A stretch of 64,000 nt of DNA from Macrostomum hystrix (Eukaryota > Animalia > Platyhelminthes). Location of the stretch: NCBI GenBank assembly GCA_950097015.1, contig CATNEN010000033.1, forward strand, positions 5,249,107-5,313,106. Direction: 5' to 3'. Numbering within the stretch: position 1 is the stretch's first letter; every line of letters starts with the position of its first letter. This document shows positions 33,310-46,500 of the stretch, piece after piece. A program made the translations under genes and the position numbers. Under the pieces are notes generated by a model. That model worked only from the letters and a program-made list of their open reading frames with translations. It had not been told where the DNA came from and made no database searches.

Positions 33310-33756
33310 GGATCCTAGACACTTCGTCATCTTACAACTTCGTCATCTTACAACTTCGTCATCCACTTGGAAGGTAGGACACTTCGTCATCCTGCCAATT
33401 GGCATGCTTTAAAGTTTGGTCAGTTCGTCATCTACTAATAACAAATAAGCAATTAAGTTCGTCATCAATAAAGTGAGGGTGGGGTGGTGGGGCAGAGGTG
33501 TGAACACACTTCACTTCTTAAAATGCCAAAAAGAGGTGTCAAAACTGATTTCATTATAAGAGTTGAAAGAAAGGTGCCAATGCCAACACTATGTGAGGAG
33601 GTGGGGAGGGGTGGTTCTGTTCTAACTTTGAAAACTTTTGTTTATAGATGACGAAGTGTCCACAATTCTAAGTCTCTTCGTCATCCACCCTCTGAGGTAT
33701 TGGACAGATCGTCATCTGGATGACGAAGTTGCAAGATGACGAAGTGTCCAGGTACC
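33310..33756. mobile_element. MITE (447 bp) with ~38-bp TIRs and an 8-bp direct repeat tgatttac
   Basis: Left end ggatcctagacacttcgtcatcttacaacttcgtcatc versus the reverse complement of the right end ggtacctggacacttcgtcatcttgcaacttcgtcatc; flanks at 33302-33309 and 33757-33764; many internal cttcgtcatc copies. Confidence 0.88.
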
Positions 33757-34117
33757 TGATTTACGTACTCAGAGTCACAGAAGTCTTGACTCTTTGCATT
33801 GGGTTTAAGTTTTTATTTAGCCGAATGAGGCGAATCTAAGCAATAATTCATTGTGTACTTTAAATCAACAGTTATAGCCAGTATTTAAGTATGTACTACC
33901 TACTACTAATCTGTTTCTTATTTAATAGCAATCAGCCCCATAGCTAGTAAAAATTGCTCAGGTCTACACAGAACACAACTACACATTGATAGCAATACTA
34001 TCACAAAACAATATTTAGTTAGAATAGGCAGCAACTTTAGACTATTTTATATATTTTTAGTCGCCTAGTCACTGGTCAATGTTTGCTGGCTTGTAATACA
34101 AATGGCTTCCAGTTAAT

Positions 34118-34975
34118 TTGGTGACAGTCCAATTTGGCTACAACCAGTTAGGTGACAAGTCAGTTCAGTGACAGTCAATTCGGCAACAGCGAATAGGGTT
34201 CTGCAAGAAATTATTTTGATTGAGAGTTTAACTTGACATGACTTTTATCAGTTACTAATTCTTTGGACATTTATTCATTTTTGTTTGAGTATTATTATAT
34301 ATTTGCATCAAATTATTCTCCAATCTCCTACCATATATATGTAAAGAGTACTGTATGTTAAAAAGCTGTTAAAATGTGCATGCTCAACATGTAGATTAAA
34401 AACTCAAGGTCCATTCAGCAGGCTGCACAATTCTAACAATTTTTCTGTAGTCTACTCTCTAGAGAGATATTTGGCCCTATATAGTGCTGGTACTGCAGGT
34501 CCAGCAGCAATAATTTACCCTTTGTCGTCTTTGCTGGGTACCTTGAGCAACATACACTCTAGGTACCCAGTACACTATCACTAGCCTTATTATAAAATAC
34601 ATGATTCCATCAAATTCCAATATATTCTACTTATAGTAGAGACTCAAAGAAATGATTTGTTGATTTAAATCGTTGTACCATCCAAAATTAGTAAAATCAT
34701 AGTGAAAGCATCAAAAATTAGTAAGCAATGTACATGTAGCCAGTCAAAGAATTTTTAAATGATGTGTGACTTTTGTGTTCATTCCGCACATACTTCCACA
34801 CAAACTAAGCAAAAATGGGAATAAACCCACAAATTTGTTTTCTTTTATTAATTTTAATCTTAGCAAGTAGGCAGAGTTTTTGAAAGGGCTTTTTTGTTCA
34901 GTTTTAATAACTATACTTGTCGCCAAATTGGTTGTGGCCAAATTAACCTGTTGCTGAATTGACTGGCACCCAATA
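34118..34975. mobile_element. Degenerate MITE-like element with inverted terminal subrepeat blocks
   Basis: aatttggctacaaccagttaggtgacaagt near 34133 matches the reverse complement of 34916-34950; no TSD identified. Confidence 0.4.
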
Positions 34976-36086
34976 CAAACTTTTGGAACATTGGTTGGCT
35001 TCTATGTTAAAATGGGCACAGGTCAAATGGCCACAAATAAAGTTAAGTAGGAAAAGTGCATGCAGATGTAGTACCTGTGCATACTGCCCGCTATGCTTTA
35101 GAAAATGCACCAGACAGTCTACAACTTTTTCACATTGGGATACACATATAAGTAATAATATAAATTGCAGAAGTTGCTCCATATGATTTTTTGTAAAAAA
35201 TCTGAGCAATTGTTTTTTGTTAATCCTCTAGTAATTATAGTATATTATTTTATGTGGCCATAGTCTTTTGTCTACTTTGCCTTGTAGCTGCTACAGATTA
35301 TTGATAGCAAAAAATGGATAAGCAATCTGTGCACATACATGCGCAACACCCGGCCGACCCGGCCAAACCGGCCGGGTGAAACAAGGGCCAAGCAAGGTAA
35401 GTCGCAAAAACCAATCGACCAAGTGCAAAAAAATCAAAGGGGGGACCAAGGGACAAAAAAGGAAGGCGTGAAGAAAAGGAAAAAGGGGAGAGAAAAAGAG
35501 CAAATGAGAGCAAACTAAGTTGTAAATAGAGCAATGAAACGAACTAAGTCGCAAATGAGAGCAAAAACTAAGTCGCACGGCCGGCTAAGATTTGGGAGGT
35601 TGCGCATGTATGTCTGTGCATCTAATTGGGTAAGACTGATATAGATTGGCAATGCAGGGCATAGCACAATAACTTTTATGTACTACTATTACTCTAATGA
35701 CTTATTCTAGAGTGTGAAATACAAGTCTAGAAATTATTACAATTGCTAGCTATTATAACAAAGCTTTTTGTGATATCCATTTAGCAATAAAATATATTTA
35801 GTAAATGAAGAATCTTTCAATAAATATTCTTTGTTAACTGCTAACTAGCAGCATATAGTACTTTAAGAAGCATAATTTAATTAGAATTTATATATTTTTT
35901 TACATGTATTGTCTTACAGCTCTGTATCTCAAACACATTGACTTTTATTATTAAATTTATTGGAATGAATTGATTTCATTTAGTTATACAAGCTGGAATT
36001 AGGCTTGTACAGGTATGCCAGAAAATCTGAAAAGGCCAATAAGATTTGCCTGGCAACCAGATTGCAGCAGCTTTGGGCCTAAGCTC

Positions 36087-37177
36087 ATGACCCGCTACGC
36101 TAGGGGAGGCCAGGCCAACAAGAAGAAGCCTGTCGAGGCCAGCAGCTGGGCCGAGATGAAGGCCGACCTGCTCACCGCCAAGTCCCAGGCGCCAGGCGGC
36201 TCTGGTGGCAACAGCAGCGGTGGCAAGGTGATCACCCGGCTAAAGAACGGGCACTATGTTGTACGCATCGGCTCGTATGAGCGAGTCCTGCGCTCCGAAG
36301 CCGAGCTGCGCCACTGGAAGCGGTCCGGCTCCGAGCGTCGTCGGCTGCAGCGCAAACGGAACAGAGAGGCCGACAGGGTCTGCTTTCACTGTCGCCAGCC
36401 CGGCCATCTGGTTAGCGACTGTCCGGAGGCTGGCGGCGGCGCAAGGTAAGAACTGATTGGCTGGCAGTAGAAAATATGGCACTGATTGGCTGGCTGCTGA
36501 CGGGAGAGTGAGACATTGACTTAGAGGCCAGACAGATGAGAGTGGAGCACTGAGTGGCTGCGAGGCTGACAGTGATTGTTTGGAAGGCTGACAGGTTAGA
36601 GTGAGTTTCTGATTGGCTGGGAGGCTAGTAGGGGATAATATAGTAGTGATTGGCTGGGGAGTCTGACTGCAGAGATATAATTTGATATCCTTCAACCTCG
36701 GTGACTTCCTGCAGTGACAGCGTGTGCTTCCGCTGCGGCTCCACCGAGCACGCCCTCTCAGCCTGTCCAAAGATGCCTCGGCCGGCCGGCCCAGAAGCCG
36801 CAGCTGTCGCCCAGTCGTCAGGCCAGCCGGCGACTGCGCCAGACCTGCCGTTCGCCAATTGTTTCGTGTGCGGCCGCAGCGGCCACCTGTCCCGCTCCTG
36901 TCCAGACAATCCCCGCGGTCTCTATCCCAAAGGCGGCGGCTGCCTGCTGTGCTCCAGCGTCGAGCATTTCAAGCGCGACTGTCCGCTGATGCAGCGCCGC
37001 CGGGCTGCCGAAGTCTCGGCCCAGGAGGTGGCTCTGCCAACGCTGGCGGCCGGTGCTGGTCGCAGCGTAGATGACGAAGTTCCCCTGTTGCCATCTACGA
37101 TGAAAGCTGGCGATGATAGAAATGGCGCACAGTTGAAGAAGTTGGCAAAGAAGAAGGTCAAAGTTGTTGTGCTGTAG
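36087..37177 (+). CDS. ZCCHC9: Zinc-knuckle protein ZCCHC9-like, 273 aa; exons 36087-36445, 36715-37177
   Basis: N-terminus MTRYAR...KKPVEASSWAEMK resembles human MTRWAR...ATSWEDMK; four CCHC knuckles; DNPRGLYPKGGGC motif. Confidence 0.9.
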
Positions 37178-37374
37178 GCACATTGGAGTAAGCAGCTGTG
37201 TGATGCGTAGGGCAAACATGTCCACATCTTCTGTTGCCATCCAACTGTAATGTAAAGTGTTTGCTAATTTTTCTCCAATATATTGACCTCTGGACCTAAA
37301 TAATCTTGGTCTGCATTTGAAAATGAAACTTGAATTTTGTTGTTTTTTTGATGGGTTATAAAGGAGTTATAGAG

Positions 37375-37440
37375 GGTGGTCGGGCTTGAAAGTCGGGGGT
37401 TCGATTCCCGACTACACATTAGAGCTATTTGCGTCCTTCT
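37375..37440 (+). mobile_element. Truncated SINE head (B box) between ZCCHC9 and RPC7
   Basis: gaaagtcgggggttcgattcccgactacac matches the 50340-50370 copy. Confidence 0.6.
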
Positions 37441-37585
37441 TGTGTCAGTGTGTTAATTTCTTCGCAATAAGATACACCTGATCAGTTTTAAAAAATTCCA
37501 GCGGCCAGCTTAAGAAACTGGGCGCAATAAATCCCTCGTTGCTTCTCCCACTGTCTCCACCGCTGGTCTGTGCCGCTGCCCCGTC

Positions 37586-38293
37586 ATGAGCAGAGGCGGT
37601 GGCGCCGGTCGCGGCGGTCGCGGCGGAGGCCGCGGCGGCAGCTTCATAGTGCAGTCCTACAAGCACCTCATGCGACCAGACGGTGCCGGCCCGCTCTTTG
37701 GCGGCGCCGAGGATGCCAGCGGCGAGCAGCTGCTCTATCCGCAGCTGCCAAGGCGACCCGCCCCGCCGACTGTGGTCAAGGATCTCAAATTCATGGTGGC
37801 AGCCAAGCGGGACCTAGAGAACCGATTCTGCGGCTGCGCCTCTCGCCTGCCGGCGGTGCCGAATTCGACAAACTTCCCGGCCGAACTCGACTGGCTGCGG
37901 CGCAAGCGACGTCGACAGATTCAGAACCAGCAGCAGGCGGCGACGACGGCGTCAAAGAAGGCAAATGCCGCCAATGGCGAAGCTAAAAGACGTCGGCAAG
38001 ATGTCGAGGATGCGGCTGCTGTGACTCTTATCGAAGAAGCCGTCGATGCCGGCTTGAAGGACGCCGCTGGCCAACTAGAGTCGGCGACTGAGGCCTCGAA
38101 GGAAGCAACGGCAGCGGCTGGCGGCGAAGCTGGCGACGCTGATGACGAAGAGGAGGATGAAGAGGCCGCCGCATTTGAGAACGACGAAGAACTGGAGGAC
38201 AATGACTATGTCGATGCATACTTTGACAATGGCGAGGGCTACGGGCCAGATGACGGCGAGGAAGACATGGACGGAGAATCTTGGTATTATTGA
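37586..38293 (+). CDS. POLR3G: RNA polymerase III subunit RPC7 (C31)-like, intronless, 235 aa
   Basis: RGG-rich N-terminus, LYPQL, FPAEL, and acidic C-terminus with ELEDNDYVDAYFDNGE, typical of RPC7/POLR3G(L). Confidence 0.85.
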   Translation: MSRGGGAGRGGRGGGRGGSFIVQSYKHLMRPDGAGPLFGGAEDASGEQLLYPQLPRRPAPPTVVKDLKFMVAAKRDLENRFCGCASRLPAVPNSTNFPAELDWLRRKRRRQIQNQQQAATTASKKANAANGEAKRRRQDVEDAAAVTLIEEAVDAGLKDAAGQLESATEASKEATAAAGGEAGDADDEEEDEEAAAFENDEELEDNDYVDAYFDNGEGYGPDDGEEDMDGESWYY

Positions 38294-38302
38294 CAATTGA
38301 TT

Positions 38303-38907
38303 TCTAGACACTACTGTCTATTCTGTCTAGATACTACTGTCCATGCAGTCTAGATACTACTGGCCATTCTGTCTAAATACTACTGGCCATTCTGTCTAGA
38401 TACTACTGTCCATTCTGTCTAGATACTACTGTCCATGCAGTCTAGATACTACTGGCCATTCTGTCTAGATACTACTGGCCATTCTGTCTAGATACTACTG
38501 TCCATTCTGTCTAGATACTACTGTCCATGCAGTCTAGATACTACTGGCCATTCTGTCTAGATACTACTGGCCATTCTGTCTAGATACTACTGTCCATTCT
38601 GTCTAGATACTACTGTCCATGCAGTCTAGATACTACTGTCCATTCTGTCTAGATACTACTGTCCATTCTGTCTAGATACTACTGGCCATTCTGTCTAGAT
38701 ACTACTGGCCATTCTGTCTAGATACTACTGTCCATGCAGTCTAGATACTACTGTCCATTCTGTCTAGATACTACTGTCCATTCTGTCTAGATACTACTGT
38801 CCATTCTGTCTAGATACTACTGTCCATTCTGTCTAGATACTACTGTCCATGCAGTCTAGATACTACTGGCCATTCTGTCTAGATACTACTGGCCATTCTG
38901 TCTAGAT
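38303..38907. repeat. Minisatellite, 23-bp unit ctagatactactgtccattctgt, starting ~10 nt after the RPC7 stop
   Basis: Direct periodicity. Confidence 0.95.
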
Positions 38908-40030
38908 GGAGTGTTGTCTTATTGTTTTAGTAGGTAGAATTCGGCAGCAGCAGTTATTGTCGATGTAAAAGTTTTCTGTAAGTGAGGAATGCTTGAGGGA
39001 TGCATTCCATGCCTCAATTTATGCTCGTATGTACATCTGGCGCATTTAATGGTGTCACTTTCGCTTAGTGTATTGTTCTATGAATAATAAATTTGGTTCA
39101 CAAGTCGCTTGACTTAAATGCTTTGGCACCACCATGTGTCTAAATTCATCTAGTTAATATTAATAAAAGGCCTAATAATGTATTCTTTATTTTGCACCGT
39201 AACAATGTCTTACATGTAGTTTGCGAAAAAAATGGCTTACATTTTAATAAACATCTAGAACTCTGAGTTTTCACAGATAACAGCTGCGGAGCGAATCGCT
39301 GTACGTGTACAATGTCTCTACTTTGTAAAAAAAATTAATGACACCCCGACTGCAGACTAGATCTATACACCTGCCTGATACTCCTCTGAAAATTGGTCGC
39401 TAGGCCAAGAGATTCGAGCCATGTAATCGTGTCCTTCCGCACTGTCATCTGAAAGCCCTGGAACCCATTAGATTTCAGCCTCGAGGCGGGTGAACACCTT
39501 CAGTTTAGGAGGCTGCGGGAGTGTGCGTCGCCAAAAACTTCAGGATGGGGCCAAATCGATAATGCATCTTGCTGCACCGAACTGGATTCCATCCGTAAGC
39601 AATTCTGGTCCCCCTCTCACTATCGAAAACTCCCTGCCCAGCTGTGCACTGGTGTAAAACTTCTCTGACCAACAAGCCACTCTGCGCATAGTGAGCCTTT
39701 CTGCCTTTCTGGTCAGAAATTAATTTTCATTATTCTTTGACCAGAAATTCCGATTCTCATTCCACTTGGGTGTACGGGCCTGCGCTAAAAGGAAGAAATC
39801 TGGTCATCGAGCCACCACAGCCAGCGCTGCCACCTCCTACTATCGATCGCTCTTCCTTTCCTCCCAGGCCTGGCCTTTGCTGCGCAGTTCACGCGCTCCT
39901 TCTGTCAGAGCGAAACCCGCCCGCTATTTAAACTGGCGCAGCCGGCGAAAACCTGGCACTCCCCGTGTCCGACCCCTCCCCGCCAGCGTGAAGTTCTTGT
40001 GCAGTTGCACAAATTTTTGCCGAAACCGAA

Positions 40031-42274
40031 ATGCAGAAGGCGCAGAAGTACGACTGGAAGGACTCAAATCTTGCCCTATTTGGCAGCAAGACAGAGAAGG
40101 ATGTCAAGAGTAAGCCGCTGTCAGTAATTTAGACAGACTTATGTGTGTAAATGCTCGGCAATTTGATGTTTCTGCAATTCTACCTGTCCGTTAATCTGAG
40201 GAAAGCGGGTGGGGATGGTAGAGTGGGATCGAAATTTCCGATCTAGAAGACCTACGCCAGCTTGACTAAAAGTTGGTCAACCCGAGCTCCTTTCACAATG
40301 AACCCATTTTTTGCAGAGGCCTCGTCAGAGGTTGAGACGGCCTGGCTGCCAGTGAAGAACTGCACCAGCAATGAGCTCTTCGTGTGGCGCATAGAAAAGT
40401 TCAAGGTGAAGGTGTGGCCCAAGGAGGACTACGGCAAGTTCTTCAGCGGCGACTCCTACATTGTGCTGAATGTGCACAAGGAGGTAGACGGCGATGAGCT
40501 GCTGTACGATGTGCACTTCTGGATTGGCAAGCACAGCACTCAGGTAGATGAAGTTGCTTAGGAATCGCGGTAATCATTTTGATGTAAAGCGATAAAGCGA
40601 TAAAAAGCTCTTCCTGTTTACTGAGATGCCCCCATAAATGCCACCAAACTTTTCTAATCCCATTTAGGATGAGTACGGCACTGCCGCATACAAGACCGTG
40701 GAGCTGGACACCTTTCTCGACGACAAGGCTGTCCAGCACCGCGAGGTTCAGGAGTACGAATCGTCGCTGTTTAAGTCCTACTTTAAGACCATCACGTAAG
40801 ACACTTAACCTGAAATTCCCTTTTTTGCAATGTCACCGCGAGCTACCACTTCAACCGCCGTTTCGCCTCAGGTACCTGAAGGGCGGCTGCGACAGCGGCT
40901 TCCGCCAGGTGAAGCCAGAGGAGTACAAGCCTCGCCTGCTGCACTTCTGCGGCGTCCGGCGCAACATCGAAGTCAAGGAGGTCAAGCTGACCCGGCGCGC
41001 CCTCAACTCTGGTGACGTCTTCATCCTGGACCTGGGTCGCGTCGCCTATCAGTGGAACGGCAACACCTGCAACAAGGACGAGCGCATTAAGGCCGCCGCC
41101 TTCCTGCAGCAGCTGGAGAACGAGCGCCATGGCAAGACGCAGACCTTCACGCTGGACGAAAACAGCATCGGCTCCGAGCACAAGTTCTACCAGAGCCTGC
41201 CGGACGTGCCCTATGCCAGGAAGTCCTCCGAGGTGCACAGCGACGTGCGCAGCGGCAAGAAGGCCATGTTTCGGTGGGTTCAGCCAAACTGTCACCCACC
41301 CCGCCCTCCTCCGTATATGATTGCCTCACACCCACCCCGCCCTCCTCAATCTTTGATCCAGTCTTACACCCACCTCACTCCTCAATCTTTGATCCAGTCT
41401 CACACCCATCTTACCCTCCTCAATCTTTGATCCAGTCTCTCACCCACCCCGCCCTCCTCAATATTTGATTCAGTCTCACACCCACCCCGCCCTCCTCAAT
41501 CTTTGATTCAGTCTCACACCCACCTCACTCCTCAATCTTTGATCCAGTCTCATACCCACCTCTCTCCTCAATATTTGATCCAGTCTCACACCCACCCCGC
41601 CCTCCTCAATCTTTGATCCAGTCTCATACCCACCTCTCTCCTCAATATTTGATCCAGTCTCACACCCACCCCGCCCTCCTCAATCTTTGATCCAGTCTCA
41701 CACCCATCTTACCCTCCTCAATATTTGATCCAGTCTCACACCCATCTTACCCTCCTCAATCTATTATTCAGTCTCACACCCACCCCGCCCTCCTCAATCT
41801 TTGATTCAGTCTCACACCCACCTCACCCTCCGCAGTCTGTCTGACGAGTCTGGCAAGCTGCAGTACTCGCTGGTGTCCGAGGGCAAGTGTCCAAGATCCA
41901 TGATCAACGAAGATGTGAGTGTTCAATCGTTTTCACCCAAATATGGTTGTACTACTTTTAGTAGTTGGGCAATCTGTTTACCTCTTCTTTGCCACTGCAG
42001 GATGTGTACATCATCGACATCGGTGTCGAGATCTTCGTGTACGTCGGCACCAAGGCCTCTGACGCGGAGAAGAAGAACGCCCTGCAGTACGCGCACGTGA
42101 GTATCGGTGTCTACCTTGGCGTGACAATTTCAGTTTGAAAGGAGTCGAGCCTAAAGTGCAGAAAATCGCTGTTTTGTCTAGAACTACCTGAAGACCACCC
42201 AGCATCCGCTGATCCCGGTGACGGCCTGCCGCGGCAACAAGAAGAATCCCCAGATGGATGCGGTGCTGGACTGA
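40031..42274 (+). CDS. Three-domain gelsolin/severin-like actin-severing protein, 367 aa; exons 40031-40109, 40317-40543, 40668-40795, 40872-41273, 41836-41914, 42001-42096, 42182-42274
   Basis: [71 protein letters not shown]; intron phases consistent. Confidence 0.94.
41293..41830. repeat. Intronic minisatellite, 36-38 bp unit cacccaccccgccctcctcaatctttgatccagtctca (gelsolin intron 4)
   Basis: Direct periodicity. Confidence 0.93.
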
Positions 42275-42944
42275 GCCCGCTCGCTGACTGCACTACTGCT
42301 AGTACTGTGGGAGCATGTGCACGGAAGCGTGGCTTAGCAAAAGACCGCCACGCTAATGCGCTTAACCGTAGTGACTTGAGCTGCTCTTCCTATATATTCT
42401 TTTTAAAAGCGAGATTCTTATCTAGTAATAGTTTGTCCTGGTGTCGCTAACCAAAGCAATAAAAGTTACTAACACTCTGCACCATTTATGATAAAGCTCT
42501 CGTATTATAGGCAATTTTCAAACAAATGCTATATTTTTTAAGAAACCATTTAGTTCCGTTATTAACAAGCAGTACAGTACTTACTTATAGAGATTAATTT
42601 CATAGAAATACACAAAATTATTTCTAAATGTTCCTGAGTGCACTTACAACTTTCTCTTTTATACAAATTTTCTTCTTGTTCTTTTACAGGTCACAAATAT
42701 ATATTCTGCCTGGCTTGTACGCTTGTATCACTATTTAAGATCAGTGCCTTATTTGTTATAGTTGATTGTTTCTGATGGCTCTGAAATGCGGTTGACAGGG
42801 TAGGAATGTATAGAAAAAGAAGATGTACAGCCGCAGCTATTGCCTGGCAAATCCAAAAACTAGCAGGCAATTTTGCTGCAGCAGATTTTTGTTGCAATTT
42901 CACAGCACGGTGAAATGAAAATTGTACTTTTCAGGATCTTGCTT

Positions 42945-43025
42945 TGTCTTTTCTCTGAGCCGTGATTCGAACCCCGGACCTTTCAGTTTGGAGTCGGAAG
43001 CTCTAACCCGAAGCTAATAGACTCC
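42945..43025 (-). mobile_element. tRNA-like SINE head or pseudo-tRNA (CCA anticodon loop)
   Basis: Minus strand gggttagagcttccgactccaaactgaaaggtccggggttcgaatcacgg; A and B boxes present but no acceptor stem. Confidence 0.5.
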
Positions 43026-43517
43026 AGAAGAGTGTTCAAATCTTTGTGGGTGCCAATTTTGAAAAGGCGGTTACGTCGCTGAGAAATATTTTAGAATATA
43101 TTTTAATCAACGGAGTCAAACTCGAGGTCGGCACAATGGAACATCCGGTATTTTGTGGCTTAGCTGCAGTCTGGCCCACCAGAGAGCAATCAAAGCAAAA
43201 TCACTGTACTTCCAACGACACTCTGGGCTCAACAGTTGGATGTTGCAGACGTCTGTTTTTAAGCTACTACGCTCGTATCTTATCAGATCTAATTAAGTTT
43301 CAGAACTCAAACCACAACAGGGCAGTAGCTTGCTAGTGAGCAATTGCTGCATTAATGTTTTTTGACAGCTTTGGCCGTGTAATTTTCTAAAGGCACGGCC
43401 GCACCTGCCAAGTATATAAAAATCTGGCATGGAGTGTTTGTGAGAGCCGCTTTTGGAACAAAAATGCGTGATAATGCTTGGCAATGTCCAGCTATCGGAT
43501 GCGCGATTCCGGACCAG

Positions 43518-46500
43518 ATGGCCGAAGTCCGGGATATAGACTCTACTATACCACGCACCTTATCGGAACAACTCAGACTAGCACTGTTGAACGGCGAGCT
43601 AAACTCGGCAGAGGCGCTTCTCGTGGATAATCCGGAAATTGTGAACTCCAGAGCACCCGACGGAAGCAGGCCGTTGCACGTGGCCGCCGCATCGCCAAGG
43701 ACCGCGGGTGCCGCTATTCGGCTGCTTCTGAAGATGGGTGCCACAATCTACTGCACCGGGGATCTGGCAGTCGGATCGCCACTGTTCATAGCCGTCTTAT
43801 TAGGCCGGCTCGATTCCGTGGAGGTCCTGCTTCGAGCGGGCGCCGATATTGACTTTCGTAGCTCCTGCTCGTCCGCTCTCTGGGCGCTGGAAGGCATGGC
43901 GACAAATCTGCAGGTGTTGGAAAGGCCGCTCAGCGAGTTGGAGAAGTGCATCATGCGTAGCAAACGCCTGACCATAGCGGAGTTGGCCTTGATGAGGGGC
44001 CACGGGGAGATTCTGAGTCTTCTTTTAGCTGCCGGGGCCGACTTAAGCACCATTGACGGACCACGGCTCTACACCGCTTCACATTGCGGCATTGTGCGGC
44101 CAGGTGGAGCTGACCACGAAGTACATCACCGCCCAGACCATCCTCGATACGAACCAGCCGAGCAGGTCGGGGGCCACCCCGCTGCACCTTGCCGCCAAGG
44201 GTGGTCACGCTGAGTTTGTCAGCCTGCTAATCGAGTCCGGTGCGATGGTCAACATCTGTCTGCATGGTTCGAGGGCATCGCCGCTGTACATCGCTGCTCA
44301 GCACGGATACGTGGATGTGATTTCCATACTCATTACTTCTGGGGCTGACGTAAACCTTCAGACCAGCTATGGGCGGACAGCACTTCATGCTGCTGCTCAG
44401 TCAGGACGCATCGATCCTGTTAAATCGCTCATCAAAGAGGGAGCCATTGTTGATCTGACGGACAATGACGGCTGCACGCCGCTTATTATTGCGACCCGCC
44501 AAGATCACCCAGCTGTGGTGGCTGAGCTCATCCAGGCAGGAGCTAAGATAAACCATCAGACTAAATTGGGAGCTTCAGCGCTTTTGATGGCAGCCAAGAA
44601 TGGTAGCCCAAACACCGTGCGTAAGCTGATGACGTCAGGCGCCGATGTCAATCTCGGCAATCGCAGGGGCTCCTCGCCTCTGTATGCGTCAGCGCAGCAG
44701 GGGCACACCAGCGTCGTCTCCTTGCTGGTGTCAGCCGGCGCCCAGATTGACAGACAGACAAGAGCTGGTGACTCCGCTCTTTGCATAGCGGCCTCCACGG
44801 GCCACATCGATGCGGTGACCAGCTTGATTGACGCGGGAGCCTGCGTTAACGCAAAGTCCGGCGCGTCGCCACTGTTTCTTGCGGCGAAGAGTGGACACTT
44901 TCGAATGGTTGAGATGCTAGTGAATGCTCGGGCGAATATTGATGCTCAGACTCGAGCTGGATGGACGCCGCTGATGATAGCGGCCAGGAACGGGCACGTG
45001 GAGATTGCTTTAACTCTGATACGAAGCGGAGCCGATGTCAGTCTGCAGAATCGAAAGAAAGAAACAGCATTAACAATCGCCATGTACAACGGCCAAACTG
45101 AAATCACTCGAGCCCTCCTCCTCGCCCAGGCATCCATAGCGCCATGGTTGACGACGCTTGTAATGGATGAATTGCATTCTGTAAATCAGCATGAGCTGTC
45201 GCACTTGGCGCAGACCGTGGCTTCAAAGTGCACAAACGCAGCGACGCTGAGTGACGAAATGGCCCGTGCTGGGTTCAACGCAAAGAACGCCGCGATTTTG
45301 AGGACTGTAGCTGGCGCACTGGAAGCTATTCAGAGGCAAATCCTGTCTACTGACGGCGTATTTATTGTTGGCAGCTTCGCTGATGGTTGGGGTATGAGCT
45401 TTACGCAGAACGATGGAAGGCTGGACGACGATTCGGACATTGACCTGACTGTAATGCAAGCTGCTAAATTGGTACACACATGCGACAAAGAAAAAGTACA
45501 AGGACGGACACTTCGAGTACTCTATCTCAGGTGAGAGTTAGCATTATTACGAGCGCTATCAGTATGTTAAATTCGAAATCACTATTGCTGTAACTTTTAC
45601 CTGTTGTAGTTTCAAAGCCAAGCGCCTCTCAAAAGGGTTCGATGCTGCGACCGAGCATCGACTTTGTGACTGCTTATCACTGCTGTAAGTACCCCGACAT
45701 CAGAGTGCTACAGCCTGACCATCAGTCTTGCATCGATCCAGAAGTTTTGAAATCGCTAAAGGATGAGCTCAACCAATCGTGGTTCCATTTGGTTGCCGCC
45801 TCGCCGCCAGGACTGGAGGGCAAGTGGATGCGAGTGAGCACGAATTTGCTTGAGAGACGACTCATGCACTGCCTCACAGATGTCCAAGGCCAGGTTTTTG
45901 TTCTACTAAAGTACATCATTAAAAGAGTCATTTCTGCCTCTGTAAAAGGTCTGAAGACGTATCACGCCAAGAATATATTATTCTTCATGCTGGACAAGAC
46001 TCCGAAGGAAGATTGGCGCAAGGAGAACCTCCTTGCCTTGGTGAAACGATCTCTGGAGATGCTGCAGGATGGTCTCCTTCACCCGGGCTCGATCTCAGAG
46101 CATCATTGCATGCGGCACTTCTTTCTTCGAGACGCCTTCGTGTACCTTCATCGCGGTCACAGCTCCATTGACAGAATTCGAAGCGCTGTCATTGAGACTA
46201 TTGAGAAACTTCCAATCTTGTTGAAAGAGTTTCGACGAAATCTGTGCAAGAATGACGTCACTGAGTACCAATTGCACTTTTTTCTGATTATGCCCGAGCT
46301 GGGCGAGCGACCAGTACAGACTGGCGATGTGAAGTATCACGACACGTACTACATTGTTAGGAGTGTGTTATCTGAGCTGGCCAGTGCCGAGTTCAGCGGT
46401 CCGACCATCCAGAAGCAAATCAACAGCATTCCCGATTGGGCCCGGACGACCCGGGAGTGCCTCAGAGCCATGGCACTGATGAAGGCGGGCAAGCCCATGT

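Noticed and set aside
35345-35590. GC-rich block with cggccg palindromes and actaagtcgca subrepeats
   Set aside because: Probably a repeat fragment, but no second copy, TIR or TSD could be defined.
37921-38311. Antisense Ser/Ala-rich ORFs
   Set aside because: Shadows of the GC-rich RPC7 coding strand; the same applies to most short antisense ORFs over other exons and pol.
42945-43025. tRNA-Trp gene
   Set aside because: CCA loop present but the ends do not form an acceptor stem.
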